From NCBI RefSeq assembly GCF_036321535.1, contig NC_087436.1, forward strand, positions 81,470,001 to 81,534,000: 64,000 bases of DNA. The letters run 5' to 3'. The translations under genes and the position numbers were made by a program. Below, piece after piece: positions 27,089-41,780 of the stretch. How positions within the stretch are numbered: position 1 is the stretch's first letter; each line of letters opens with the position of its first letter. The notes beneath the pieces are model-generated. The model had not been told where the DNA came from. It was given only the letters and a program-made list of their open reading frames with translations, and ran no database searches. Source of the DNA: Camelus dromedarius. Taxonomy: Eukaryota.

Positions 27089-28999
27089 TCTTAATACTTT
27101 CTATATACTAACTCATTTGATCCTCACTAAAATCATACGAAATAAGAATTACTACGATCTCTTTATAGTTATTTTTACCATTCTTGCAACTTTTCTACAA
27201 GTTTAAAATTATTTCAAAATAAAAAGAACATCTTTATTATAAATATATAGGAGCACAGTACATATTTGAAAAATTATAATGTAACTGATACATGACTGCA
27301 ACATTGACATCTTTTAATTTTTCTCCAGTTTGTCTAGACTTTATTAGGATTTTCTACATTTTCTTTATTATCTTTATTACCAAATCAAAAGTTACAAATC
27401 TTTGCAAGCTATTCCACTAAAATGACAGCTTTTCTGATTTCTAATTTTACAGTTAATTCATTCTTTCATTCATTTACATATTTAGTCAACAAATAGATAA
27501 ATAATATTTAGATAACTGAAAGAGTTGATAATAGAAAAATCACTTCGTGATAATAACTAAAATTTGCATTTATTGTCTAAACAGATATTACCTAACTTGC
27601 TGTATTTTTACAGAAAATTGGGAAACTAGTAGAGCTAAGGAAACTGAGGCAGAGTGGTTAAATAACTTGCTCATGAAACAATTAGTGCATGAGTACTGGG
27701 GACAGAATGCTGCTAAAGCTTTACTCCTCATACTTACAAAAGAAACAAAAATTGGGTTTACAGAACATAGCAAAATATAAACAAATTACAAAATTGTTTT
27801 TGATTAGATGATCAAATTCTTAGAGAAACGTGACAAAACCAGATAAATGGCTAGTAACTTCTGCAAGTGTCAGTTGTTTTTTGTTTGTTTTAAACAAACA
27901 TGAAGATTATTCAGCAAAGGTTTGGCCTATATGGTATTCTTCTCACAAAACCTATCTCCATAAGAACTGTAAACAGTGATAGAAAATTGGCGTTTTGAGA
28001 CTATACATTGGGATTTCTTTGCACGACTATCAAAAAGGTATCCCACTCATCAAATACAAGTATTGATTTCACTCCTAAATGCATGCCTGCCTCTTGTGCT
28101 CTCCACCTTCTTCCTGTTGGTTGGTGTCCTTAACAACCTGCTTACTGACCCCAAATGGATTTCCTGACGAGCTGGTTTTAACAGCCCCCCACTGCATCCT
28201 GCTTCTGTGGTTTTATGTGTGGTCAGTTTAGGAACCCAAGGCACCCAACACTCATAAGCACCAAAATGGAAAAGAGATGTATTTATCTACTCCTTTGTGA
28301 TGTAGTCGGAGTTTAGAGAAAGGTCAAAATGTACATCACTTTAACAATAACCAAAATTTTCTTCTCACAAAGGCTCTTTCTGCATCATTGGTAAAAATTA
28401 AAGCAGTGCGTGTGTGTGTGTGTGTGTGTGCGTGCCTGTGCACGCATGCACATATGCATATATATTTTTATTAATTGTTTATTCTAGGATATCACATGAA
28501 ACCATTTGAATATAAATTCTGTGTCTTCCAGGATTATAATAATAATAATACCTCTCTTTTTTTGGTTAAGCACCTTAAGGAAATGGAATTCCATTGTAAC
28601 ATTTCTAATTTCTAATTTGAACTAATACTCAGTTTTGAAAATCAAGTTCATTTAAGACTTGCATGACTATCTCTTCATTCACTCAACAAAAATTTACTGA
28701 TCTTCTACTATGTCTCTGTTTTTACTTATTGGATATTTTTATTTGGATAAAATAAAAAACTTCATAGAAGAAGGTTAAATGTTACTAGATTACGTAATAT
28801 GTTATAAAATTAAGTAAAAACTGGCTAATATTTATTCTGATAGATACAAAAAAGTTCAGGCTAAGTTTCTTGTACTCAAAAAAACTATAACATAGTGGGG
28901 AATACCTAACACAGGAGTAAAATACAAACTGAAAATATTAAGTCAAAAATAAGAGAAGAAAATACTAGACACTAATGAGAAAGCCTCGTTTTAAGGAAA

Positions 29000-29640
29000 T
29001 ATGGAGGATGGCAAAGAGGATAACTGCTCGAGGTGGTAAAATGGAGTGGATCTAGCTGCAAACGCAGGGATTCGTTTATACAGGATAAAGCCCTGCCCAG
29101 CATCAGCAGGGAAAGCAGCCTAAATGGGTTCAGACGCCAGGGCATAGGTAGAGATGGTGGGGGTGGAGACCTTGTGGATGTTCACTTCTGTCGGCTTTTA
29201 GTTTTGAAGTGAAATAGGAAGCAAGATCATCAGCTGAGAGAAAGGATGGGGGAAAAGGTGTTAGAGTTTTGAAGATAGAGGAAGGGATAAACGTGTCACC
29301 TAGCTTGGTAGAAACGTAATGGACTAGAGATTCTGAGCAGTAATAAAGGCCGACTGCATCTTTTGGTCTGGAATTTAGGAGCAAATAGTCAACACGACTA
29401 CATGATTTTCTCCAGCCACGTTTATCTATCTTAGTGGAGAGGAGTCAGATTCACCCAGCGTTTGAATTTTGCCAGGAAGGAAGAGAGAAGGCAGTTGAGG
29501 GTTTATATAGGGGATAGATTGTCATATGAAGCACAATATCTAAGCTGTGTAAAGAGGAAAACGAGTACATGAGGGTGGTCAGGAACAGAAAAATGATGGC
29601 AGATCGTAGATTGTAGGTCCTTGTGGGATTAGAAATAGGT
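29000..29640 (-). mobile_element. LINE-2 ORF2 relic
   Basis: The peptide FLSADDLASYFTSKLKA is characteristic of L2 ORF2. Confidence 0.75.
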
Positions 29641-31369
29641 GCTAATATCAAATCAAATGTATTGCTCCTTCTAGAAACAAACATTTCAGTTGAAATTGCT
29701 AATATAGCTTCATTTTGATAATTGAAAACGTATATAAATAAGATCTTGTGTGTCTTTTTGCTTGTTTTGTTTTTATTATCTAGCTAACAGGCATACAGAA
29801 AGTTTAAGAGTCAGGGAGAAATACAGAAAATAATAAACATGGAGAATTAGCACTGCAGACTGTGGCACTGAATTTGAGGATTTAATAAAACCCAAACTGC
29901 ATGTCAAAACTAATATATCAGTTTTGAAAAACACAGGGAACTACCTACTTAGCTAGGGATTTATCTTAGCATCTGTACTAGCTGTATTTTAAAAATAAGA
30001 CCTATGTTTTTCCCACAGCTTATATCATAAACTATAGCTTTACTGTAGTTTAAAGACAGAAAATGAGAAAAAGAAAAAAGGTCCCATGAGGTTATGATCA
30101 AATTACTGGCAGCATGTTGTGCCAAGATGCAATTAGTCAATTGTTTCAGCATAAATCTTGTTTATAGGTCAGTAACTAATGTAAAATGTTAATGTTTAAA
30201 AATGTTCTGCTTGCCACTAAATATTTTTAAACCGTGTTATTTATGAGACCTTCCAAATAGCATTTTACATGAATGCTGACATTGACTATCAAAGTATCAT
30301 ATTTAAATTATGAAATAAGAGTCTGAAATGCTAACTTGGAAAGCACAGCCAATAATATTTGATAAAAGTATTGAAATAAATTGACGTGTACAAGCTTCGA
30401 AAGAGGTTATCAAATATGAACTCAATGAAATGCCAACCTAGAACTTAATTCTAATAGTCACCTCTTTTTGTTCTGCCTTAGGCAGGAGATAAGATACTCT
30501 TCTAGTCCATAAAGTTCTCAAATAATGCGTTAATAAGCAACTAATATAATCCTTCATACTTAGATAAAATTGGATATGACTCTAATTTTATTGCTTATGC
30601 ATGCTGAGTTAAAACGTTGAGTAGTGTAACGGTTATACTTATAATAGTTTTATACTGCACTTTGTTGACTGCTGAAAAGAAAATTCAAACAGAACACATT
30701 TTTTTGTATTGCAAAATGCATCTAGTCAAATATATTTATCTTATTGAAGACTCAGCCAAAATTACTTTTGAAACTATAGATTGACTATGAGTCATAAAAA
30801 ATGTACACATTCAAGAATATGAAGTCAAACCGATTAATTTTCTCATGTAGTTCAACAAAAATTTGCCTCTAGTATTTCTGATCTCAATCTCAACTCCAAT
30901 TTCTTTAATTTACAAATAACATAAGTTTTAAAAGAGCAAATCTCATGCTGTTTTACTTTAATTTTCTAGGGTTAAGACCACTATCTCTTTTTACTCCACC
31001 TTCTCTTTCATCAGCTTCCCCTTGTAAAATGTAGAATCAGAGTGGCTGCAGACATTTTGGGGAACTGCCTGAGGGGAAATTAAGTTAAAAATACATTTAT
31101 TTTGGTAGTGGATTATTATATGCTTCACAGTCATTTAAATTGTTGCAGCTGTTACAGAAGTAGGCATGCATGCTAAGAATATTGCAACCATTGGGTGCAT
31201 TCACCTGGTAACCAATGTTGTGACAGGAAGTGGCAGGACCAGAAATTACATCACAGAATGAACAGTGCCTGACCCTGGAAGTCTGCAGGCATATAGGTAG
31301 TGGTGGAGAAACAAGGTTTGAAATATATGAATCCACAAGATAGTCTGTAAACAACTTTTCCAAACATTA

Positions 31370-31500
31370 CAGCCCATATATAAAAGAAACTAGAGCTTTC
31401 CCCAAACAATAATTCTAAACATGTATATGACATTATCAGTTATGAATTGTGAAGCTGAAAAATATTTTCTAAACTATTAATAACAAAAGGTAAGTTTTGA
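31370..31500 (+). mobile_element. hAT transposase dimerisation-domain relic (Zaphod/Tip100-like)
   Basis: With frameshifts it reads FPN..ILNMYMTLSVMNCEAEK.FSKLLITKGKF, resembling the hATC motif LPxTSxxAERxFSxL. Confidence 0.55.
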
Positions 31501-31514
31501 AGATATTTAGATAT

Positions 31515-32076
31515 GATATATCTGATAAGAGATTAATATTCAAAATATACAAAGAACCCTCACAACTCAGCATCAAAAAAGCCCAAACAACTCAATTAAA
31601 AAATGGGCAAAGAACCTGAACAGACATTCTTCCAAAGGAGACATCCAGATGGCCACCAGGCATATGAAAAGATGCTCAGCACCACCAGTCATCAGGGAAA
31701 TGCAAATCAAAACCACTAAGAGATATCACTTAACATCTGTCAAAATAGCTATTATGAAAATGACAGCAAATGACAAGCATTGGTGAGGATGTGGAGAAAA
31801 GAGAGTCCTGGTACACTGTTGGTGGGATTGTAAATTGGTACAGCCACTACAGAAGACAGAATGGAAGTTCTTCAAAAAACTAAAAATAGAACTACCATAT
31901 GATCCAGCAATTCCACTGCTGGGTATATATCCAAAGAAAATAAAGACACTAATTCTAGGAGATACATACATACCAGTGTTTATAGCTGCGTTATGTACAA
32001 TTGCCAAGATGAATCAACAGTGCTTATCAACAGATGAATGGATAAAGAAGATACAATATAAATATATATTGTGTGT

Positions 32077-32117
<41 letters not shown>

Positions 32118-32575
32118 GGAATATTACTCAGCTGTAAAAAATGAAATTCTGCCCTTTACAACAATGTGGATGGACTTAGGGAGTATTATGCTTAGTGAAA
32201 TGAGTCAGAGGAAGACAAATACTGTATAATATCATCTATATGTGGAATCTAAAAAAATAAAACAAACTAGTGAATATAACAAAAAAGAAGCAGACTCACA
32301 GATATGGAGAAGAAACCAGTGGTTACTAGTGGGAAAAGAGAAAGGGGAAGGGGTGAGATGGGGTATATAGGTGAGACAGGGATATCAGATTAAGAGACAC
32401 AAACTACTATGTATAAAATAAATAAGCAACAAGGATACATTATACAGCACAAAGAAATATAGCCATTATTTTATAATAACTTTAAATGGAGTATAATCTA
32501 TAAAAATATTGAATTACTATGTTGTACACCTAAAACTAGCATAATATTGTAAATCAACTACACACCAGTAAAAAT
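31515..32575 (+). mobile_element. 5'-truncated LINE-1 (degraded ORF2 C-terminus plus 3' UTR) with an internal (CA)n
   Basis: WKFFKKLKIELPYDPAIPLLGIYPK motif, then a typical L1 3' UTR ending TTGTAAATCAACTA. Confidence 0.93.
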
Positions 32576-35129
32576 ATAGATATTCTTCCTTCCAGGTTTT
32601 GCTTAAAATACCACACCTTCTCTTACATAATTGCTCACACCTTCACAAGGGAGACAACCCACTGATGAATGGCTCTGACTCTGATAACGCTCTTTCTTAA
32701 ATCAAACCAAACCTATTACATTCTTTCTTAAATCAAACCTCCTATTAATCCTATGTATGTTCTCGGGAGCCAAACTGAGCAAGTTTACTCATTTACTGAC
32801 ACAAGTGTCTTCAAATATTTGAAGATATCTTTCATCTCCCTGAAAAGTGAACCTCTCTCCAAATTAAGTATCTCTAGCTCTAGACTCAATAACCGCACCC
32901 TCCTATGTGCATTATCAAGTGTAACTGTGAATTCATAGATCACTAATTTATCCAGCCACAGTCATATATTCATGCCACTAAATGGAAAAGGTCCCTTATC
33001 AGACAAATTTTAAAGTTTGCGGCAACTCAAACTTGAGTTAATAACAATTAGTAATCAAATCTTGCAAAGCAACATCAATGTCCACTCTACTCCCTCCATC
33101 TCACTGCCATCACTCACACGCACACACACATTTTCCAGTCTATTACTTCTGTGTGTATTCTATTTCATCTATAAGCTGATAATAACATTCAAGTGTTTCA
33201 GATTTTCCAAAGAAACAGAAGCCAGGAAAATGGAAAAATACTAACTCTGGCAGTAAAAATTGTATATTCTCCTCATCATTCAAATTTAGGTACACATTCA
33301 GATTCCAACAGGCTGCAATTTACACACACATGTGGGCATGTGTGTATGCACACAGGTATACACTCACATACACACACACATAGATACACAAACTATTGGC
33401 GGCTAGAGACTGAGACTTGATAATTACTTCCCAGGCTTCCTACCAGATGTACAACAAATACTCTGCAAAGTGCTGAAAGCACTGTGCTTGTCAGCAGCAA
33501 TTTACAAAAGGGAAGAAAAAGCATATTGTACATTTCCAGAAATAGCAAATGGGCTACATATCAAGAATGAATTTTTAGCTAGAAAAACTTCTAATCACTG
33601 AACTGACACCCTCATTTTATTTATACAAGAGGAAACTAAGGCCTAAGAGGACAACTGACTTACCCAAAGCCACGCAGCTTATTTGCGACCCAGGTTCTGT
33701 AAGACTTTGTCCTGTGTTCTAAAGAGTTCAGCTACACTATAACATACAAGCCAAGCTCAGCATGGGATCATGAGGGAATCCTGAAGGGATCATGAAACCA
33801 TCTTACAAGATGGATACTGTTTACAAAAAAAGGATGCTAGTAACTTACAAAAATTATAAAAATTATAACCCATGGTGAACATGAGATACTTGACCACTGA
33901 ACAAGATACTAAGAGGTATAGTTCACACCTCAGATGTAGTGACACAAGGTATCAACCCCTGCACTGGAGGAAATTGTGTCATGAGTTCCATGTCTTTGTT
34001 GGGGGTTAAGGGGGGTCCTGTGTTCAATAAAAACAAAACAGAGCTCTGTAGAATTTACTTTTACAGATTAGACTTTTTAAAATGTACTCTGAGCAATCTA
34101 ATAGAACTCTAAAGAAAATAATCTTTTGATAATATTGATGTAATAAAAAACAGATAAGCGTAATTCACATTTAGTAAGACAAAATGAAATATCAGGTCTA
34201 GACCAGAATAGAAAATAATCTTCAATCCAGATGAAAGAATTTTCACCAGCTCTTTTATGTGTCTGTGGGTGTGAGTATACACACACATTTGTGTGTGTGT
34301 GTTTGGACTTGGGGAAAAAGAGAGAGGACCAGAATTTTTTGAGCATCTAATATGTGTTACACACTGCATTTTACATTTTAGTTATACCATAAAACTTACT
34401 CCTTATAAAACTTCACAAAATGCTATGATGTAGGTATTATTATCCTCATTTTGCAAATAAGGAAAGTGAAGTTCTGGGGGCTTCAGGCCATAATGCTAAT
34501 AAATGGCAGAGGCTAGGCTGAAATCTATGCATGTTGAATGTTAAAGTCTATAATCATTCAAGTGATGAATTGAAACAGGATGTTTGATCAAAACTTCATC
34601 ATTTATTCTTTATGATTTCTTACTTCATTATATAGTATTTATCTTTATTTTTTCATAGTGTGGATTCAGTCATTCTTGTTTCATATTACACAATTATCGG
34701 AGTACCCCACATCAAACAGTCCAGGTACGATTACATCTAACTATCTTCACTGAGCAGAACCTCTTAATAGTTAGAGGAAGGACAAACACAGGTGCACAGT
34801 ATTCTTTGGAAAACTCTGTCTGACAAGGCTTATTACTGTTTCAGTCTGTCCTGTGTTAAGAAGTGACCTCCCCTTAACCTGTAAGGTGTATATTTAAGCA
34901 AAATAAGTGCTGAATTCCCTGATTGCAGCAAACTTTAACAAAGCAATACATACTTCTAGTTCTAACAAGCTAATGACTCAGTAGCCATTAGACTAAAACT
35001 TGTCTAAAATCCTCCAGACATGGGAATGTAGGTATGTTTGACACATTTCCAAGACATCATCCTTCCAAGAACCTCATCCACTTATGAGGATTAGCTGAAG
35101 GAGCCTGAGGAAGGCAAATGAGATGACCT

Positions 35130-35672
35130 TGCATTTGTTTTCCAGGCTGTATAATAAATCACCCCAAACTTAATGGTTTAAAATAACAAACATTTATTAT
35201 CTCAGAGTTTTTGTGGGTTAGGAGTCCATGAATGCAGAACCTAGCTGGATCCTTTGCTCAAGGTCTCACAAGGCTACAATCAAGGGATTGGCAAGGAAGG
35301 AACTTTCTGGAGCTGAAGGTTCTCTTCTGAGTTCACATAGTTGTGGGAAGAATTCAGTCCCTGTGCTTGTAGGATGGAGGTCCCTATTTTCTTGCTTACA
35401 ACAGCCAGGGGCTCCTATCAACTTCTAGAGGCCGCCTCTGGGTCATAGACTCATGGCCCACTTACCACATGGTGACCTACTCCTTCAACGCCAGCAGGAG
35501 ATTCCCTCACTCCATCTCAAGATAGTCTTATCACCTAATCGAGGAAGTGACTATCCTACCCGCTTTGCCATAATTTATTGACTAGAAGACACAGGTTCCA
35601 CCTGTACCCAAGAGGAGAGGGTTACACAAGGGTTTGACTCACTAGGGCTCACCTAAGGGTACATCCACCACA
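35130..35672 (-). mobile_element. MaLR LTR (MLT1 family)
   Basis: AAACTTAATGGTTTAAAATAACAAACATTTATTATCTCAGAGTT is a typical reverse MLT1 end; TG...CA termini. Confidence 0.75.
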
Positions 35673-35676
35673 CACT

Positions 35677-36057
35677 TGCCATGGACTGAATGTTTGTGTG
35701 CCCCACCCCAAATCCCTGTGTTGAAACCCTACCCCCTAATGTGATGGTATTAAGAAGTGGGGTCTTTGGGAGATAATGAGGAATAGATGAGTTCATGAGG
35801 CTGGAGCCCTCATAAGTGCTATTAGCGCCCTTATAAGAGCCCTGAGAGAGCTTGCTTCCTCTCTCACCGTGTGATAACACAGTAAGGAAATAGCCGTCTA
35901 TGAACTAGGAAACAGACTCTCACCACACACTGAACCTGACCAGTGCAGGCAACCTGATCTTGGACTTCCTGCCTCCAGAACTGTGAGAAATAAATTTCTG
36001 TTGTTTATAAGCCACCCAGTTATGGCATTTTGTTACAGCAGCCTGAGCTGATCAAGG
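35677..36057 (+). mobile_element. MaLR LTR (MLT1A/B-like), back-to-back with the preceding LTR
   Basis: TGCCATGGACTGAATGTTTGTG...CCTCCAGAACTGTGAGAAATAAATTTCTGTTGTTTATAAGCCACCCAG. Confidence 0.88.
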
Positions 36058-38271
36058 TAGACTTCAAGGCAGAAAGTTTTAGCACTGAAGTTAGTCATCT
36101 AGGTCTCCTTGCTCATCAACAAGTCTTCACTTCATTCTAAATCAATTGCAGTTTCTGACATGGAACAAGGACAATGAGAAGCCATCCATCTGGATTTTAA
36201 TTGTCCCATGGGAAGAAAACAAAAGTGGATTATGAAGGTGTTACAAGCAAGTTACCAAGTGAGCAACACAAATTTCATCCTTTTGATGATCCGGATAATG
36301 TAGCTAGATTACCTGCTTTGCTCCTTTGTTTTAGGACTTCCAGTTAAGTCACTATTTTGAAGCATCAATGGATGGACCCAAGTACCAATACTAAGTGCCC
36401 AGATTTGGCAATTCAGTTGCTTCCAGAGGGTCAATATCTGATCTTGTCCTTTGGAGCCCAAGGATAAGTCAGTCCTAAAATACACACTACTGGAAGTTTT
36501 TTTTTTCTCCTCCCATTTCAATTAACAAAAATGTTATAGATTCCAACCAAAAAAAAAAAATCAATTAACATGATAAATGACATATCTGTTATTATGTTTA
36601 TAGTTATTTCATTGAATAGCATTGTTTCCTCAAAATTATCTTGTTTTTTTTTTATTTTCCTGGGAGGAAAAAAAAGAAAAATATTGTTAATTCCCTTAGA
36701 GTTCTTTTTAGAGGAAATCCATTTTGTTTCTTTTTTTTTTTTTTTGCCATAGTTAAGGAGGGAATTATAGAAATAACTATCTACCAAACATCCAAAATTG
36801 TGCTGGGCATTTTTTATGCTTTTTTACTGGAATCGAAAACAAGGATCAGAGATTGTAGGTCAGCTACTTACAGCCACTCAGCTAATATATATGGAGATGG
36901 CAATCCAGATTCCTTTGGTGTTTGTTTTTAATCTATGAACTGTCATTCAAAAAGAAAGGAACTTTAGGAGGGTGATAAAATTAACTCTAATTACAATGCT
37001 AAAGAAACATGTGAACTTGAATCATTTTTTAAAATGTTCATCACCAAAAGTTTATAGAAAATGCAAAGTAAACATGTAGTGAATATAAGCAGCCTCAAAA
37101 TGTAGATTTCTTTCCTACACAGTGTTAAAATAATTGAATGAGTTACAAAATTTCAACATTAGATTTCAGACACACACTAATACATATACACACATGTATT
37201 GCAGACGTATGTATACCCTGCTTCTCTAGAAAAATCTGAAGATCTGAAACACTCCAGAGTTTCCTCTCAGCAGTAACCAGAACCAGCCACTTCGGGCAAA
37301 TTATTAAGGGGCAGTGTTTACTCAGGACTTAATTTCTCTAAAAGTGAAAACTAGGAAGGTCAAGCAAGAAAGTGTACTGAAGTTTTGCCGTCTACACTTT
37401 CCAGACTAGGGTGTCTTTATGTAATCAGTAACTGTTTGAGAAGAGACAGATCAACTGGCCCCCTAGTCACTTGGGAATGATGAACTATCGGATACAGAGT
37501 ATTTAATTTATTTCAGAGTCAAGTCTCCCCTCATTTGGAGAGACAAGAATATTTCTGGCCACCTAGACTCTCAGACATACTCAGGATGAAGCCCATTCCT
37601 TAAGGGTCATGAGGCAATTCTCAAGCAGTGCCTTCTGGAAGAAACATCAACTGCAAAGGTTACACACCTGTCTACCAGACGGCTCACCAAGTTCTACAAA
37701 CAGCAAAAACAGAGGAGACAAATTACTTAAAGAAAACTGACAATTCTTTTGTGGCAAAATATTTTTTTGCACCTAACAGCAATACCAAAAAAAAAAAAAA
37801 ACTGTTAAAATTCAAAGCAGCATCTTAAGGAACACATGATATCTAGAGGAGGTTTGAAAGCAGTTCATGGTCCTGAAAACATTGTGTTTCAAATATCAAA
37901 TACTCTTATTTTTCCATACCTCTCAATGAGCAAATTCTAATACAAGTGCACTTTTAAAAACTGTGCTCTAGAAAACACATCGTCATTGGAGTCAGACAAT
38001 ATGAGTTAAAGATCTCATCCCTGCCGATATCTGATTATGGGTATGGGAGGTGCCAACCTCACTAAGCCTGAGCAGTCCATTCATCAAATACAGACAGCAA
38101 TAACAGTTTTGCTAGACTACCGTGATGACTAAATGAGACGAGATGCACACAGTATCTAGCACAGAGAACGGCACATCGTAGGCTCCCAGTAATTGGTAGC
38201 TTTGGGATTGGGTGTCTATATCACATAATGTCTTAATACATGCTTAATACATACTGTCCTGTGAAGGCACG

Positions 38272-38462
38272 ACAGTGACTCTGAAACTGGAGTGAGCATC
38301 AGAATCACCTGGAGGTCTTGTTAAAACCCACTGCTAGGCTGGGACCTCAGAGATTCTGAGATCCTGAGTCTGGGGTGGAACACAAGAATCTGCATTTCAA
38401 ACAAGTTCCCAGGAGAGATGGATGCTGATGTTGCAGGCCAAGGAACCACACTTTGAGAACGA
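38272..38462. mobile_element. MER5A (hAT-Charlie MITE)
   Basis: GCATCAGAATCACCTGGAGG...GAATCTGCATTTCAAACAAGTTCCCAGG...ACCACACTTTGAGAAC. Confidence 0.85.
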
Positions 38463-38571
38463 CCCAGGAAGAGTGTGCACTTGATTTAGAGGCAGCTGAT
38501 TTGCGTGTGAGCCTCAGATCTAACAGACATCAGGCACTTAAAAGTTCAGAATCAATGGATTGATTCAATAT

Positions 38572-38700
38572 TAAAAAGAACAAGGTGAATGTACGTATGT
38601 ATATGTATGACTGAAACATTATGCTGTACCCCAGAAATTGACACAACATTGTAAACTGACTATACTTCAATAAAATTTAGAAATTAAAAAAATAATACAG
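38572..38700 (+). mobile_element. Very short LINE-1 3' end
   Basis: TATGTATATGTATGACTGAAACATTATGCTGTAC...GACTATACTTCAATAAA, near-identical to 45682-45752. Confidence 0.85.
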
Positions 38701-41534
38701 AATTAAAAATCAAAGGCTGTAATATAAATAACTTACATGACAACTGGCAAACATTTCTCTATCTAGGCCCCAGTTTTCTATCTGCAAAATAGGCAGTTAG
38801 ATGATATGTGTTCTTTCCTATAATTTCACATATTTTAACTAGATGATTGTCCTCAAACATCATGGTTAGTTATTATAGAACAGAAGACAAAAGAAATGAA
38901 AACAATAACTTTTATCCTAAACTTTCAGAGCCAAGTTAAAAGCCCTATGCCTGGTTCTCTTCCTGTCCCAAAAAATGTGATTCAGAGTTGAACAAAAATA
39001 AAATAAGGAAAAAAAGGAATATTAGTCACAGCCATTACTACAACACATGCCATTTATTCATTCATTATTGATTCAATGAAGTTTTTTCCAGTGCCTCTTG
39101 TGTTCCAGACAGTGAGGAATATTTTGAGGAAACAGGGTGAAGGAGACAGAGTGACTGCATCAGACTAGCAGGACACTAGTCCATTTATTTATCATATAAT
39201 TTGTTATATCGTGGCATTTCTTGTTTGACCCTAATCCACATAATACAGCTGGCTGGGACACAATTTAGAGAGATCAAGAACTAAAACCCACACTGATTTG
39301 AAGCAGGGCCCACAAGTCAAAGTCAGAGGAACAAGAAGAGGATCTGAATATCAATTATCGGATCCAGGAACTGTTTCAGAGACTAATGGTCCCCAAGATC
39401 CATCCCCTTCCTTTCATAGTTGTAGGAACCTCCCTACTTTAGATAGGCACATGGCATTCAGCAAAAAATCTAATCCCCAGCTTTCCTTGCAGCCAGATGT
39501 AACTCTGTGATCAGGTTCAGGATGATGGATGGGAACAGAGCAAAACACTCAATTTCTGGGTCATAGCTTTACAGATAGGTCAGGTCACTTGCTTTTTATC
39601 TCTTCCCACGAACCAGAATGTGGCCCTAGTAGCTTTGGCCGTGGGGGCAAGAACAGAGCGACACTGTCAAGGTTCCCGTGTCTCTGGATCACCCTGTGAA
39701 ACAGAACTGCCCTATCCGCTGGACCGCTTGGCAGCTCAGATTTTTATGGGAGAGAGAAGTGTTTCAGCCACGGCAATTTGTGTCTCTCTTTTAGAGTATC
39801 TTTAGGTATAGCCTCTCTAACACAGACATCTATAACTGGGTCCTATGTACTAGACAATAATTTGGAAATTGCCACTTTTGTTCATGACAGTAGGTCCAAC
39901 AACTAGCATGGTGCCTGGAATATATTAGGCAGGAAATAAATAAGTGAACTTGGTGAAACATATGTGGGTCCTGACTTCAAGGCACTATGAGGAAACAGAC
40001 ATGGAAACAAAAGTAAAGAGTAGCTTTCCTTTTCAATCTTATTAATGCACTTTCTTCCAACTTTCCAAAGATATATTTCATATTTTAAAAATTCTTTTAT
40101 TGGCAAAAGCTTAAGTTCCCCTGACATGTTTTTTGATAACCAAGGAAAATAGTTATTAGGTGCTAAGCTTGTTAAATTGGATGAAAATAGCTTCGAATTT
40201 CAACTGTGTTGTTTGTGATATTATTGTGTTCCAAACTAAGTTACCAATAAATATGTTTGAGTGCACACAATAGAAGTTAGCAATATATCTGTAAAGCAGT
40301 ACCGAATCACTGGTCCCTTTTCTTCTGGTGTTAAGTTTAAAGGGATTCTTTTTATTTACGCATACAAAACATTAAGTGTAAATATATAGCCATACCATGC
40401 GTATTTATAAATTAATTTAATTAAAATAGTAAAAGATCTTACATTCTAGTTAAATGAGGAATGTTAAAAACCAGCACGTTATTTTAAAATTATTTTTAAA
40501 TAGTCATTTTACAAAGTTATTTGGTTCTAGAAGTGTTATGTCTTTATAAGGCTAGAATTTTATATTATTAATGTAAATAATAGTATGTACCTCATTGAGG
40601 TCTATTTATGTCTCTGCATTATTAGATTTTCCTGAGGGGCCAGGGGAGCTATCCCTTTATATTCCAAAGAATTGTAAAATAGAGACCTTTCCTTTCCCTT
40701 CCCAGAGGAGATCTGTTCATATTAGGAATGTTAGACCTGTCTGTCTGTCTGTCTGTCTATCTATCTCTACCTCTCAGAAGGAAGAGGTGGCAGCTGTGTA
40801 GCATTTCCTATATTATAAACTCTAAGATTCATAATCTCTTCTTCCTGGTGGTGTAAAAACCCCTTGGCTTGTAGAGGAGAACCTCTGGCTCTTCCAGCAC
40901 AGCCCTGAAAGGGGAGAAGGGAGCACAGGTAACTGATGCAGTTATTGCTGTGAGTAACAACACTCTGCCTCTCATCTAGAAACTTCATGTCTGGTTTCAG
41001 GACAAAGCAAACAAATATAGATATTCAAAGCTTACAGTGAGCTGTAGAAGAAGCAAAGGTCTACGAACACCATGCGATAATCTGTATGCTAAGGACATGG
41101 CAGCTGAGTCCACGTTTCTAGTCCCTACCTGTTACCATATTTACCAAGAAAACGTATCACTGATGAGGCACTTCAGCCAATAGGTTCCATCCTCCTCAAA
41201 GTGCCAAGAAACAGAGAAGTGGCAGTTTCATGAGAACTGCTCTGTGAGTAATGCTATTCTCTTTTGTCCTGCTTTTCCTTTCAATTGCCTTTTCATATAA
41301 GGCTGTATGGTCAAAAGACTCCATTCAAATCTCTACCTCTATTTGAGAGTAAAGCAACATTAGTGAAGAAATGTTATATTAAACATGTTTCACTGTAAAC
41401 AAAAAAGAGAGAAAAAGCATTTCCCTCAATTTTGCTCTTTCATGAAGAATTATTGCCTCTGTTCAAAGCTAATTTCATTAGTATCTTCCTGCTTCCTCAG
41501 AAATTGTCCTGTAACAAATTATGTTTCCACTCTC

Positions 41535-41780
41535 TGGTATTTTCTGCCTCTCTGTCTCTGTTCTTCTCTGGGTGTCTCTCAACCTGCTTTGTGTCCCTGT
41601 GTCGCTCCATCTCTTCTCTCCCTCTTCCTTTTGTGTATCTGTCATGTGTTTCTCTCTCGTATTTCTGTTTCTGCATCTCCGTCTCTATCCTTTTCTCTAC
41701 TCCTCTGCATCTCTCTCTCTCACTCTTCCTCTTCACACACCCGACCTCCAGCATCCAGCATTTCCTCTCTGATGGGGTAC
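41535..41780. repeat. CT-rich low-complexity tract
   Basis: Degenerate (CT)/(TCTG) run of about 250 bp. Confidence 0.8.

Noticed and set aside
32691..32750. ~31-bp tandem duplication
   Set aside because: Real, but only two imperfect copies with no sign of function.
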